DNA from: Escherichia phage pro483
Strand: one strand, 5' to 3'
Sequence record: NC_028943.1
Length of the DNA stretch: 29,237 nucleotides
The notes under the pieces were generated by a model. That model made no database searches, had not been told where the DNA came from, and worked only from the letters and a program-made list of their open reading frames with translations. Shown here piece by piece: positions 1 through 8,352 of the stretch (positions within the stretch are counted from its first letter, which is position 1; every line of letters starts with the position of its first letter). A program made the translations under genes and the position numbers.

Positions 1-13
1 ACCAATAACTGAC
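1..13. repeat. attL: Left copy of terminal direct repeat (putative attL core), accaataactgac
   Basis: Exact 13-bp match to 29225..29237; lies about 90 bp beyond the 3' end of int, as expected for P2-type attL. The repeat may be longer but is cut by the window edge. Confidence 0.6.
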
Positions 14-103
14 TTGGTAGCCCCCGCCGTAGCGGTATTTTCTGTTGTATTACAATTAGTTAAATTACTCATATCGCTTCAATTGGCTCTAGTTAACTCT
101 GGT

Positions 104-1099
104 TTATGGACGCATTATGGACATTCCTGACACCGGGTTAAGAGTCACAGCATCTTGTAAGAAATCCGGTGCAAAGTGTGCGTAGGTCATAGTTTGCTGA
201 ATGTTAGAATGACCCAGGATGCGCTGCAATGTGATTATGTTACCTCCATTCATTATAAAATGTGTGGCAAATGTATGCCTCAAAACATGTACTGCTTGTC
301 CGTCAGGTAAATCGGGTTTTACTTCCCTGAGAGCGTTACGCACTTTGTAGTAACTGGCATTAAAAAGCCTGCCTGAATTTTTGGTCTTGATCCGTTTAAT
401 CAGGTCCTGCGAAACGGGAATTGTCCTGCGTTTTCCGTTTTTAGTTTTCATAAACGTAACCATCTGGTTAATGATGTGTTCAGCTTTTAAATTAGACACT
501 TCACTCCAGCGTCCACCAGTAGAAAGGCAGACCAGAGTTGCATTTAATTCATCACCATCAAGCATGGATAACAGCCGCGTAATCTCTTCACTGGACAAAA
601 AAGCCATTTCCGTAACAGCTTCACGTAACCGTTTAATCTCACGGAACGGGTTGTGAGAGTGGTATTCACCGGCGTCAATTAACTTGGTGAACATCCCGCT
701 CATTATTGCCAGATGTCGATTTACGCTGGCTGGTTTCAGACCATCGTTCATCATTACAACGCGATAATCAGTTATCGTTTTCTTTGTTAGCTGGTCAGCT
801 CTGGACACTCCCATTTCTGCAAATTTGGCGATTATTGTCGTTAAACGCCCCCGTTCAATATCTCCACGCTCATGTGATTTTCCGTGATATATCCACCATC
901 TGCCTAACAACTCTGTAAGAGTTCGGCGGTCGGCTGGTTTCTCCAACCACTCTTTGTTGTGGTAGTTAACCAGTACATGACGTTCGAATGCTTGAGCTTC
1001 ACCTTTAGTTTTAAATTTCCGCCTGATACGTTTTCCATCTGCACCCTGCGGTCTGACGTCCACTTCATAACGACCATCATCGAGCTTTTTAATAGACAT
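104..1099 (-). CDS. int: Tyrosine-type site-specific integrase (P2 Int-like)
   Basis: 331-aa ORF; C-terminal catalytic region HxxR...Y (VLRHTFATHF...GHSNIQQTMTYAHF) typical of tyrosine recombinases; adjacent to the att repeat and co-oriented with the repressor as in P2. Confidence 0.93.
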   Translation of the reverse strand: MSIKKLDDGRYEVDVRPQGADGKRIRRKFKTKGEAQAFERHVLVNYHNKEWLEKPADRRTLTELLGRWWIYHGKSHERGDIERGRLTTIIAKFAEMGVSRADQLTKKTITDYRVVMMNDGLKPASVNRHLAIMSGMFTKLIDAGEYHSHNPFREIKRLREAVTEMAFLSSEEITRLLSMLDGDELNATLVCLSTGGRWSEVSNLKAEHIINQMVTFMKTKNGKRRTIPVSQDLIKRIKTKNSGRLFNASYYKVRNALREVKPDLPDGQAVHVLRHTFATHFIMNGGNIITLQRILGHSNIQQTMTYAHFAPDFLQDAVTLNPVSGMSIMRP

Positions 1100-1192
1100 A
1101 AAGCCCTCCGATGACGCTGTTTACTTCTACTACTTGAAAATTAATGCAATTTTCTTTCGTACATTTACTACACACATATGCTGAATAAATCG

Positions 1193-1492
1193 TCAGCCAG
1201 TCTTCTGGTCTGAGTGGTGCAAGGTTGTTGAGTCTTGCCCAATGTGTGCGAGAGCCGGGGCTATTTGTCCAGCTGCTGGATCTGTTTCATCAAACATGAA
1301 CCAGTCACGATACTTGCGAAAGCGTGGATGCTTAAACAGCTTCATACCTGCTTCCATAGGCATTTTTGATTTTCCTGATTCATATCCATGATATGTGTAG
1401 TAATTAATTCCAATCAATTCAGCAAGTTCCTTAGTTTTAAGGCGTTCGGATTCACGGATGAGCTTTAGTTTCTCACTTTGTTCACTTGACAT
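1193..1492 (-). CDS. C: Immunity repressor, P2 C-type (HTH)
   Basis: 99 aa from ATG at 1492 (the ORF track extends it from a TTG at 1510); C-terminal ...GQIAPALAHIGQD...HSDQKTG closely resembles my memory of P2 C; divergent from cox. Confidence 0.85.
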   Translation of the reverse strand: MSSEQSEKLKLIRESERLKTKELAELIGINYYTYHGYESGKSKMPMEAGMKLFKHPRFRKYRDWFMFDETDPAAGQIAPALAHIGQDSTTLHHSDQKTG

Positions 1493-1585
1493 AATTTTGC
1501 TAATCTCCAATTATATTGTTACTTGGCAATTTGTGATTCGCTCAAAAAGGCTCTAGATGGCTCCAGTTGGTGAATCGCAAATCTT
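1493..1585. promoter_or_regulatory. C/cox divergent switch region (putative Pc/Pe promoters and operator)
   Basis: 93-bp intergenic region between divergent repressor and cox; imperfect dyad ATTTGTGATTCGC (1529-1541) / GTGAATCGCAAAT (1570-1582); candidate rightward promoter TTGTGA (1531-1536) - 17 bp - TAGATG (1554-1559). Confidence 0.45.
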
Positions 1586-1957
1586 ATGGAGGATAGCAAA
1601 GTGACGACAAATGTAGAAATTTCTTGTCCAACTAGCGATGAGGCAAGTTTCGAAAATGAAGCCAAACGTAAAAGCATTCAGATTTCAGAGCGCCCATCTG
1701 ATTTGCTGTCGAAAGAAGGTTTTGCTCTTTACATCGGTAAGACACCACGCGCGGTGGCTGAAATGGCTAAAGCAGGAAAGCTGCCAGCCTTCTACATGAC
1801 AGACCCATTAAAACCAAGAGGGAAAGCTGAATTATGGATTAATCGCCGTGAGTGGGACAAGTACGCAGCCCAGCTAGTTGATGAAGCTCCGACAGAATGG
1901 CATGACTGGAAAAATCGCATTAGTTACAGCAAATCAAGACATGGCCGTGCGGCTTAA
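1586..1957 (+). CDS. cox: Cox-like excisionase / switch regulator, with N-terminal extension (start uncertain: ATG 1586 or GTG 1601)
   Basis: Core FALYIGKTPRAVAEMAKAGKLPAFYMTDP aligns with the remembered P2 Cox HTH region; GGAGGA at 1588-1593 favours GTG 1601; about 40 extra N-terminal residues relative to P2 Cox. Confidence 0.7.
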   Translation: MEDSKVTTNVEISCPTSDEASFENEAKRKSIQISERPSDLLSKEGFALYIGKTPRAVAEMAKAGKLPAFYMTDPLKPRGKAELWINRREWDKYAAQLVDEAPTEWHDWKNRISYSKSRHGRAA

Positions 1958-1967
1958 GGTGGAAAGG

Positions 1968-2138
1968 ATGAACGAGCCTCGTTGTATTGCTCAGTTATTG
2001 CGTAACGAAAGCCCCAGGGCGATTGAGTTCACCATCACCCACGGTAAGGGGCGTAAGGGAATCATTATCCGCACCAAAAAACAGAGTCCGTTAAAGAAGG
2101 CTCTGACCTTTCTGAAAAGCCGGAGGGTCTGGAAATGA
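1968..2138 (+). CDS. Small basic hypothetical protein (occupies the P2 orf78 position)
   Basis: 56 aa from ATG 1968 preceded by AAGGTGGAAAGG; sits between cox and B; lysine/arginine-rich C-terminus. Confidence 0.5.
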   Translation: MNEPRCIAQLLRNESPRAIEFTITHGKGRKGIIIRTKKQSPLKKALTFLKSRRVWK

Positions 2139-2635
2139 CAGTGATGACGCTTAATCTCGTTGAAAAACAGCCAGCAGCTATGCGCCGGATAATTGGTAAG
2201 CATCTTGCCGTCCCTCGCTGGCAGGAGACATGCGATTATTATAATCAGATGATGGTACGCGAACGGCTAACGGTTTGCTTCCATGCGCAGTTAAAACAGC
2301 GTCACGCAACGATGCGTTTTGAAGAAATGAATGATGTCGAACGTGAACGACTGGTATGTGCAATTGATGAATTGCGTGGGGCATTCTCAAAACGCCGTCA
2401 GGTTGGCGCAAGTGAGTATGCATATATTAGTTTTTTAACAGTCAGTCAGCGTCGTACTTTATTTATGCATGCCGGATTGACTGAAAAAGAATTCAACCAG
2501 CCATACTGGCGAATTAATGAAGAATCATGTTACTGGCGTGATGCTTTATTCCGTGCATTACGTGAATTATTCAGCCTGTTTGAGTATGCACCGACAATTC
2601 TGACGTCGGTAAAACCAGAGCAATATCTGCATTAA
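2135..2635 (+). CDS. B: Replication protein B (P2 gpB, helicase-loader-like)
   Basis: 166 aa; N-terminus MTVMTLNLVEKQPAAMRRIIGKHLAVPRWQ... matches my memory of P2 B nearly residue for residue. Confidence 0.9.
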   Translation: MTVMTLNLVEKQPAAMRRIIGKHLAVPRWQETCDYYNQMMVRERLTVCFHAQLKQRHATMRFEEMNDVERERLVCAIDELRGAFSKRRQVGASEYAYISFLTVSQRRTLFMHAGLTEKEFNQPYWRINEESCYWRDALFRALRELFSLFEYAPTILTSVKPEQYLH

Positions 2636-2698
2636 GTAATTAACCAGAGTTTTTAACGCACTTAATTGTGCGGGGCTTCTTTTTGCCTGGAGAAAGTC

Positions 2699-2923
2699 AT
2701 GCATACAGTTTCTGAAAATCAGTGCGGTAAATACGCATTACTGCTGCAACAGGCCAGAACCGAAGCACAGGCCGACGCAGCGACGCGCTTTTCTTCTCAT
2801 CTTGACGCCATGGTTCGCCACATCACAAAGGCGGAGTTATCCCGCGTGGAGATAGTCGAGCTGCTCAGTCAGGAGTCGGAAAAATTTCACAATATCGGAT
2901 TGTCTCGCGGGGAGGTGCTTTGA
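2699..2923 (+). CDS. Hypothetical protein (P2 orf80 position)
   Basis: ATG 2699 with GGAGAAAG Shine-Dalgarno; the ORF track starts it at an upstream TTG; conserved position in the early operon. Confidence 0.6.
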   Translation: MHTVSENQCGKYALLLQQARTEAQADAATRFSSHLDAMVRHITKAELSRVEIVELLSQESEKFHNIGLSRGEVL

Positions 2924-3225
2924 TGTCCTGTTCTCGTTCAGTTGTATTACTGAATAACGCCTTAAAAATCGCCGTTATGAGAAATGGCGATTTATCTCTT
3001 ATTCAACTTGGTCTTGATAAAGAAAAACGCGAAATAACTGAGTCTGTTATCGCGATTTATCAGAACGAATTAAATCTCCTGTCTGATGTGGTCAATTTAC
3101 TTGTTAAACGCGCTGTATTTCACAAGCAAATCTCCTCCGTGGATGAACTGACGAAATTAACGACAGAAATTGCCAGCTATTGCGCTGATGAATTTAAAAA
3201 ACTTAACGACAAAAGGAGCTGGTAA
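2920..3225 (+). CDS. Hypothetical protein (P2 orf81 position)
   Basis: 101-aa ORF, start overlaps the upstream stop (ATGA) consistent with translational coupling. Confidence 0.6.
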   Translation: MMSCSRSVVLLNNALKIAVMRNGDLSLIQLGLDKEKREITESVIAIYQNELNLLSDVVNLLVKRAVFHKQISSVDELTKLTTEIASYCADEFKKLNDKRSW

Positions 3226-3449
3226 TGCCGGACAACGTAGATTTTATTCAGGAACAACAGGCTGAATTACTGGAGCGCCAGATTAACGCGGCAAGGGTAA
3301 AGCATTGCGGTGTTTCTGCGCTGGTTTGCGAAGAGTGTGACGCGCCAATACCTGCTGCCCGTCGTGCGGCTTATCCGTCAGCCACGCGTTGTGTTTCCTG
3401 CCAGTCAGTCTTTGAAGCAAAAAACAAACATTACCGGAGAACGTCATGA
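3225..3449 (+). CDS. TraR/DksA-family C4 zinc-finger protein (P2 orf82 position)
   Basis: 74 aa with CxxC...CxxC (CEECDAP...CVSCQ) near the C-terminus, typical of TraR/DksA-like zinc fingers. Confidence 0.7.
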   Translation: MPDNVDFIQEQQAELLERQINAARVKHCGVSALVCEECDAPIPAARRAAYPSATRCVSCQSVFEAKNKHYRRTS

Positions 3450-3721
3450 GTATTCGTATTGAAATTGGCGAACGTTATGTCGTTACCAGTGACAGCTTTC
3501 AGTTTATTCTCCACGAGAAAAAGAGAGCTGAAAGCGGTAAAAACGCCGGTCAGGAATGGCTGGCGGTGGTTGGTTATTACCCGAAATTAGGCCAGCTCGT
3601 TTCCGGCCTGATGCATCACGATATTCTGACCGGAAGCGCAAAATCTTTTGCTGATTTAAACGCGCAGGTTGAGCAACTCAGCAAGCGTTGTTCAGAGGCT
3701 TTTGGCTCATATGGCCGTTAA
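3446..3721 (+). CDS. Hypothetical protein (P2 orf83 position)
   Basis: 91-aa ORF overlapping the upstream stop and the gene A start. Confidence 0.6.
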   Translation: MSIRIEIGERYVVTSDSFQFILHEKKRAESGKNAGQEWLAVVGYYPKLGQLVSGLMHHDILTGSAKSFADLNAQVEQLSKRCSEAFGSYGR

Positions 3722-5882
3722 AGCCTCCGGGCGTTTTGTCCCTCCGTCAGCATTTACCGCAGGCACCGGTAAGGCGTTTACCGGTGCTTATGCATGGAAC
3801 GCGCCACGCGAGGCTGTCGGGCGCGAAAGACCTCTTACACGTGACGAGATGCGTCAGGTGCAAGGTGTTTTATCCACGATTAACCGCCTGCCTTACTTTT
3901 TGCGCTCGCTGTTTACTTCACGCTATGACTACATCCGGCGCAATAAAAGCCCGGTGCACGGGTTTTATTTCCTCACATCTACTTTTCAGCGTCGTTTATG
4001 GCCGCGCATTGAGCGTGTGAATCAGCGCCATGAAATGAACACCGACGCGTCGTTGCTGTTTCTGGCAGAGCGTGACCACTATGCGCGCCTGCCGGGAATG
4101 AATGACAAGGAGCTGAAAAAGTTTGCCGCCCGTATCTCATCGCAGCTTTTCATGATGTATGAGGAACTCTGCGATGCATGGGTTGATGCGCATGGTGAAA
4201 AAGAATCGCTGTTTACGGATGAGGCGCAGGCTCACCTGTATGGTCATGTTGCTGGCGCTGCACGTGCTTTCAATATTTCCCCGCTCTACTGGAAAAAATA
4301 CCGTAAAGGACAGATGACCACGAGGCAGGCATATTCTGCCATTGCCCGTCTGTTTAACGATGAGTGGTGGACTCATCAGCTTAAAGGCCAGCGTATGCGC
4401 TGGCATGAAGCGTTACTGATAGCTGTCGGGGAGGTCAATAAAGACCGTTCTCCTTATGCCAGTAAACACGCCATTCGTGATGTGCGTGCGCGCCGCCAGG
4501 CAAATCTGGAATTTCTTAAATCGTGTGACCTTGAAAACAGGGAAACCGGCGAGCGCATCGACCTTATCAGTAAGGTGATGGGCAGTATTTCTAATCCTGA
4601 AATTCGCCGGATGGAGCTGATGAACACCATTGCCGGTATTGAGCGTTACGCCGCTGCAGAGGGTGATGTGGGGATGTTTATCACGCTGACCGCGCCGTCA
4701 AAGTATCACCCGACACGTCAGGTAGGAAAAGGCGAAAGTAAAACCGTGCAGCTTAATCACGGCTGGAACGATGAGGCATTTAATCCAAAGGATGCGCAGC
4801 GTTATCTCTGCCGTATCTGGAGCCTGATGCGCACGGCATTCAAGGATAATGATTTACAGGTCTACGGTTTGCGTGTCGTCGAGCCACACCACGACGGAAC
4901 GCCGCACTGGCATATGATGCTTTTTTGTAATTCACGCCAGCGTAACCAGATTATCGAAATCATGCGTCGCTATGCGCTCAAAGAGGATGGCGACGAAAGA
5001 GGAGCCGCGCGAAACCGTTTTCAGGCAAAACACCTTAACCGGGGCGGTGCTGCGGGATATATCGCGAAATACATTTCAAAAAACATCGACGGCTATGCAC
5101 TGGATGGTCAGCTCGATAACGACACCGGCAGGCCGCTGAAAGACACTGCAGCGGCTGTTACCGCATGGGCGTCAACGTGGCGCATCCCGCAATTTAAAAC
5201 GGTTGGCCTGCCGACAATGGGGGCTTACCGTGAACTACGCAAATTGCCGCGCGGCGTCAGCATTGCTGATGAGTTTGACGAGCGCGTCGAGGCTGCACGC
5301 GCCGCCGCAGACAGTGGTGATTTTGCGTTGTATATCAGCGCGCAGGGTGGGGCAAATGTCCCGCGCGATTGTCAGACTGTCAGAGTCGCCCGTAGCCCGT
5401 CGGATGAAGTTAACGAGTACGAGGAAGAAGTCGAGAGAGTGGTCGGCATTTACGCGCCGCATCTCGGCGCGCGTCATATTCATATCACCAGAACGACGGA
5501 CTGGCGCATTGTTCCGAAAGTGCCGGTCGTTGAGCCTTTGACTTTAAAAAGCGGCATCGCCGCGCCTCGGAGTCCTGTCAATAACTGTGGAAAGTTCACC
5601 GGCGGTGACGTTCCGGTTATGCACCCTACACCGTCTGAGCATGCCGCAGCGGTGTTAAATCTGGTTGATAGTGGTGTTATCGGATGGGATGACCCGGAAG
5701 TTGTGACGGTGCTCAGGAGTGCATTAAAACATGGTGCACCGAGACCGAATTGGCAACAAAGAAACTGCGAACCATTAAAACCGTACCAGATAGCGCCATC
5801 AGGGCGGATGACAAAGGCTGAACGTTCGCAGATTCCACGCATCCATTTCGAGCTGGCACTAATTGGTAAAACCTATCAATAG
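3711..5882 (+). CDS. A: Replication initiation endonuclease A (rolling-circle nickase, P2 gpA)
   Basis: Start taken at ATG 3711 (MAVKASGRFVPP..., matching the remembered P2 A N-terminus); 723 aa, against about 761 aa remembered for P2 A; the 3' end abuts the AT-rich cargo. Confidence 0.9.
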   Translation: MAVKASGRFVPPSAFTAGTGKAFTGAYAWNAPREAVGRERPLTRDEMRQVQGVLSTINRLPYFLRSLFTSRYDYIRRNKSPVHGFYFLTSTFQRRLWPRIERVNQRHEMNTDASLLFLAERDHYARLPGMNDKELKKFAARISSQLFMMYEELCDAWVDAHGEKESLFTDEAQAHLYGHVAGAARAFNISPLYWKKYRKGQMTTRQAYSAIARLFNDEWWTHQLKGQRMRWHEALLIAVGEVNKDRSPYASKHAIRDVRARRQANLEFLKSCDLENRETGERIDLISKVMGSISNPEIRRMELMNTIAGIERYAAAEGDVGMFITLTAPSKYHPTRQVGKGESKTVQLNHGWNDEAFNPKDAQRYLCRIWSLMRTAFKDNDLQVYGLRVVEPHHDGTPHWHMMLFCNSRQRNQIIEIMRRYALKEDGDERGAARNRFQAKHLNRGGAAGYIAKYISKNIDGYALDGQLDNDTGRPLKDTAAAVTAWASTWRIPQFKTVGLPTMGAYRELRKLPRGVSIADEFDERVEAARAAADSGDFALYISAQGGANVPRDCQTVRVARSPSDEVNEYEEEVERVVGIYAPHLGARHIHITRTTDWRIVPKVPVVEPLTLKSGIAAPRSPVNNCGKFTGGDVPVMHPTPSEHAAAVLNLVDSGVIGWDDPEVVTVLRSALKHGAPRPNWQQRNCEPLKPYQIAPSGRMTKAERSQIPRIHFELALIGKTYQ

Positions 5883-5985
5883 TGATTTAATGAAATTTCG
5901 GAGTCATAAATATTGTGTATTTAACTAGATGATTGCAATATAAGTGCTTATTATTTATGCGATTATAGCCATAACGGAGCTGAGT

Positions 5986-6915
5986 ATGAGTGTTGCAAGG
6001 CATCATCATTTTTTATCCCAATGTTATTTGAAAGGGTTTACAAGTAATGGGGGGAAAAAATCAAAATTAACTGTAATAGATTTAAAGGAGCGCAAAACCT
6101 TTGAGAGTAATACTCGCAATGTCGGGGGGGTTAGAGATTTCAACCGATTAGAATTGGATGGAGTTGACCCAAACTATCTCGAGAGTTCTCTTGCAGAGTT
6201 TGAAGGCAGTGTCGCTACTCATTTAAGAAAACTTGAGGAGGGGGGCGAGTTTTCAGGCGAAACCAAAGATGTTATTCTGGAGTTTATTTCCTTATTGGCA
6301 ATACGTACGCCTGCTCAGCGAGAACATTTATCATCTCCATTGAAACAAATAGCAAAGTTTATCATGAAATCCTCAGTTAGTTCGGCTGAGCGTTGGGACG
6401 ATTGCAAATTAGCTTATGAGAAAGAAATGGGTGAGTCTTTGCCATATGATCTCGCTTACGAAAAAATTAAAAATTTTGTGGATGGGGATAATTTCGAAAT
6501 CAATGTAATCAGAGAGTTCATGATAGATATGGAAATGAAATGTGTACCTGTTATCACCAAGTTGTTGCATCAACGCAACTGGTCACTTATGACCATATCT
6601 GATGGGCAAGGGTCATTTATAACTTCAGATAACCCAGTTTGCTTAATGTGGACTAATCCTGAATTAGCACGAGGCCCTTATTCCCCCGGGTTTGGTGTAA
6701 AAGACACTTTAGTTTTGTTCCCAGTATCAAAAAACCTTCTTTTGGCGGGCGAGTTTGATGGTCATGAGGGTGTATTCAGTTGTAATGAGGAGCAGGCTGC
6801 GGTCTTCAATACTTCAGTCATTCGGCATACCGCAGAAAGAATATTTTCATCTAATGATAATTTCAAATTTTTAGACTCATCTAAAAAAATGAAGCAAGGC
6901 AAAAGCCTGGTTTGA
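5986..6915 (+). CDS. Cargo gene in the P2 tin/old hotspot: DUF4238-like protein, candidate single-gene anti-phage defence
   Basis: 309 aa from ATG 5986 (GGAG 6 nt upstream); N-terminal HHFLSQCYLKGFT and internal FITSDNPVCLMW resemble the DUF4238 (PF14022) signature from memory; strongly AT-rich against GC-rich flanks; located between A and cos. Confidence 0.75.
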   Translation: MSVARHHHFLSQCYLKGFTSNGGKKSKLTVIDLKERKTFESNTRNVGGVRDFNRLELDGVDPNYLESSLAEFEGSVATHLRKLEEGGEFSGETKDVILEFISLLAIRTPAQREHLSSPLKQIAKFIMKSSVSSAERWDDCKLAYEKEMGESLPYDLAYEKIKNFVDGDNFEINVIREFMIDMEMKCVPVITKLLHQRNWSLMTISDGQGSFITSDNPVCLMWTNPELARGPYSPGFGVKDTLVLFPVSKNLLLAGEFDGHEGVFSCNEEQAAVFNTSVIRHTAERIFSSNDNFKFLDSSKKMKQGKSLV

Positions 6916-7130
6916 TAGCGGTTTTTCTATGATTTTACTAGGAGAATTCTACCCTTAATCAGTGTGTTTAAAATGATTAATTGTCATAACATTTTTTCAT
7001 TTTTAGGTGTGCCTAGAAATGCATTCAATTGCATGCGTTTTCCTCCCCTGTTGCGTCTGAGCGCCACCAGTGCCGGCGCGCCTCCGGTGTATTCGTGCAC
7101 CTGCATTAAAACCGACCCATAAAGCGGGCA

Positions 7131-7149
7131 GGCGAGGCGGGGATAGCAC
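7131..7149. other. cos: cos site (cohesive-end sequence), ggcgaggcggggatagcac
   Basis: One mismatch to the remembered P2 19-nt cohesive end GGCGAGGCGGGGAAAGCAC; correct position between the cargo locus and Q. Confidence 0.7.
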
Positions 7150-7290
7150 TGCGCGCTGGCGGTGGTGCTGATTTTATTTTTTCAGCGTCTGAGCGCGTCG
7201 TGATGGCGTTTAGATTGTTCGCCGGGGCGTTGGTGTGTCTGCGGGATGTTTTGTGCGGTGGTGAGCGTGTGAGGGCGTGATGACAGGGTG

Positions 7291-7312
7291 TAAAAAGCCG
7301 CCCGCAGGCGGC
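7291..7312 (-). terminator. Rho-independent terminator downstream of Q (minus strand)
   Basis: GCCGCC-cgca-GGCGGC hairpin (7297-7312) followed on the minus strand by a T-run (complement of AAAAA 7292-7296), immediately after the Q stop. Confidence 0.6.
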
Positions 7313-7317
7313 GATGT

Positions 7318-8352
7318 TCAGCCGTTGTCAGTGTCCAGTGAGTAGTTTTTAAAGCGGATGACCTCCTGACCGAGCCAGCCGTTTATTTCCCGAATCCTGT
7401 CCTGTAACGGGATAAGCTCATTGCGGACAAAGACCTTTGCCACTTTCTCAATATCACCCAGCGACCCGACGTTCTCCGGCTTGCCGCCCATCAACTGAAA
7501 GGGGATGCGGTGCGCGTCCAGCAGGTCAGCGGCGCTGGCTTTTTTGATATTAAAAAAATCGTCCTTCGTTGCCACTTCACTGAGCGGGATAATTTTAATG
7601 CCGTCGGCTTTCCCCTGCGGGGCATAGAGAAACAGATTTTTAAAGTTGTTGCGGCCTTTCGACTTGACCATGTTTTCGCGAAGCATTTCGATATCGTTGC
7701 GATCCTGCACGGCATCGGTGACGTACATGATATATCCGGCATGAGCGCCGTTTTCGTAATACTTGCGGCGGAACAGCGTGGCCGACTCATTCAGCCAGGC
7801 AGAATTAAGGGCGCTGAGATATTCCGGCAGGCCGTACAGCTCCTGATTAATATCCGGCTCCAGCAGGTGAAACACGGAGCCGGGCGCGAAGGCTGTCGGC
7901 TCGTTGAAGGACGGCACCCACCAGTAAACATCCTCCTCCACGCCACGGCGGGTATATTTTGCCGGTGAGGTTTCCAGTCTGATGACCTTACCGGTGGTGC
8001 TGTAACGCTTTTCCAGAAACGCATTACCGAACACCAGAAAATCCAGCACAAAGCGGCTGAAATCCTGCTGGGAAAGCCACGGGTGCGGAATAAACGTTGA
8101 AGCCAGAATATTACGTTTGACGTAAATCGGTGAGCTGTGATGTACGGCAGCACGCAGGCTTTTTGCCAGACCGGTAAAGCTGACCGGTGGCTCATACCAT
8201 CTGCCGTTACTGATGCACTCGACGTAATCCAGAATGTCACGGCGGTCGAGTACCGGCACCGGTTCACCAAAGGTGAATGCCTCCATTTTCGGGGCGCTGG
8301 CGGTCATTTTTTTTGCCGCAGGTTGCGGTGTTTTCCCTTTTTTCTTGCTCAT
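7318..8352 (-). CDS. Q: Portal protein (P2 gpQ)
   Basis: 344 aa; position and orientation as P2 Q; start overlaps the P stop (ATGA). Confidence 0.93.
   Translation of the reverse strand: MSKKKGKTPQPAAKKMTASAPKMEAFTFGEPVPVLDRRDILDYVECISNGRWYEPPVSFTGLAKSLRAAVHHSSPIYVKRNILASTFIPHPWLSQQDFSRFVLDFLVFGNAFLEKRYSTTGKVIRLETSPAKYTRRGVEEDVYWWVPSFNEPTAFAPGSVFHLLEPDINQELYGLPEYLSALNSAWLNESATLFRRKYYENGAHAGYIMYVTDAVQDRNDIEMLRENMVKSKGRNNFKNLFLYAPQGKADGIKIIPLSEVATKDDFFNIKKASAADLLDAHRIPFQLMGGKPENVGSLGDIEKVAKVFVRNELIPLQDRIREINGWLGQEVIRFKNYSLDTDNG

Noticed and set aside
381-918. Two small plus-strand ORFs (91 and 70 aa)
   Set aside because: Antisense inside the integrase gene; no supporting signals.
3688-4020. 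110-aa plus-strand ORF rich in Arg/Cys/Leu
   Set aside because: Alternative frame inside gene A; composition typical of an out-of-frame read of a GC-rich gene.
7000-7045. Short palindrome GCAT-tcaattgc-ATGC near the right cargo boundary
   Set aside because: Only a 4-bp stem in AT-rich DNA; too weak to call a terminator or binding site.
7791-8270. 159-aa minus-strand ORF, plus further ORFs at 7491-7790 and 7510-7968
   Set aside because: All overlap the portal gene Q in other frames or antisense; Q is the frame that fits P2.
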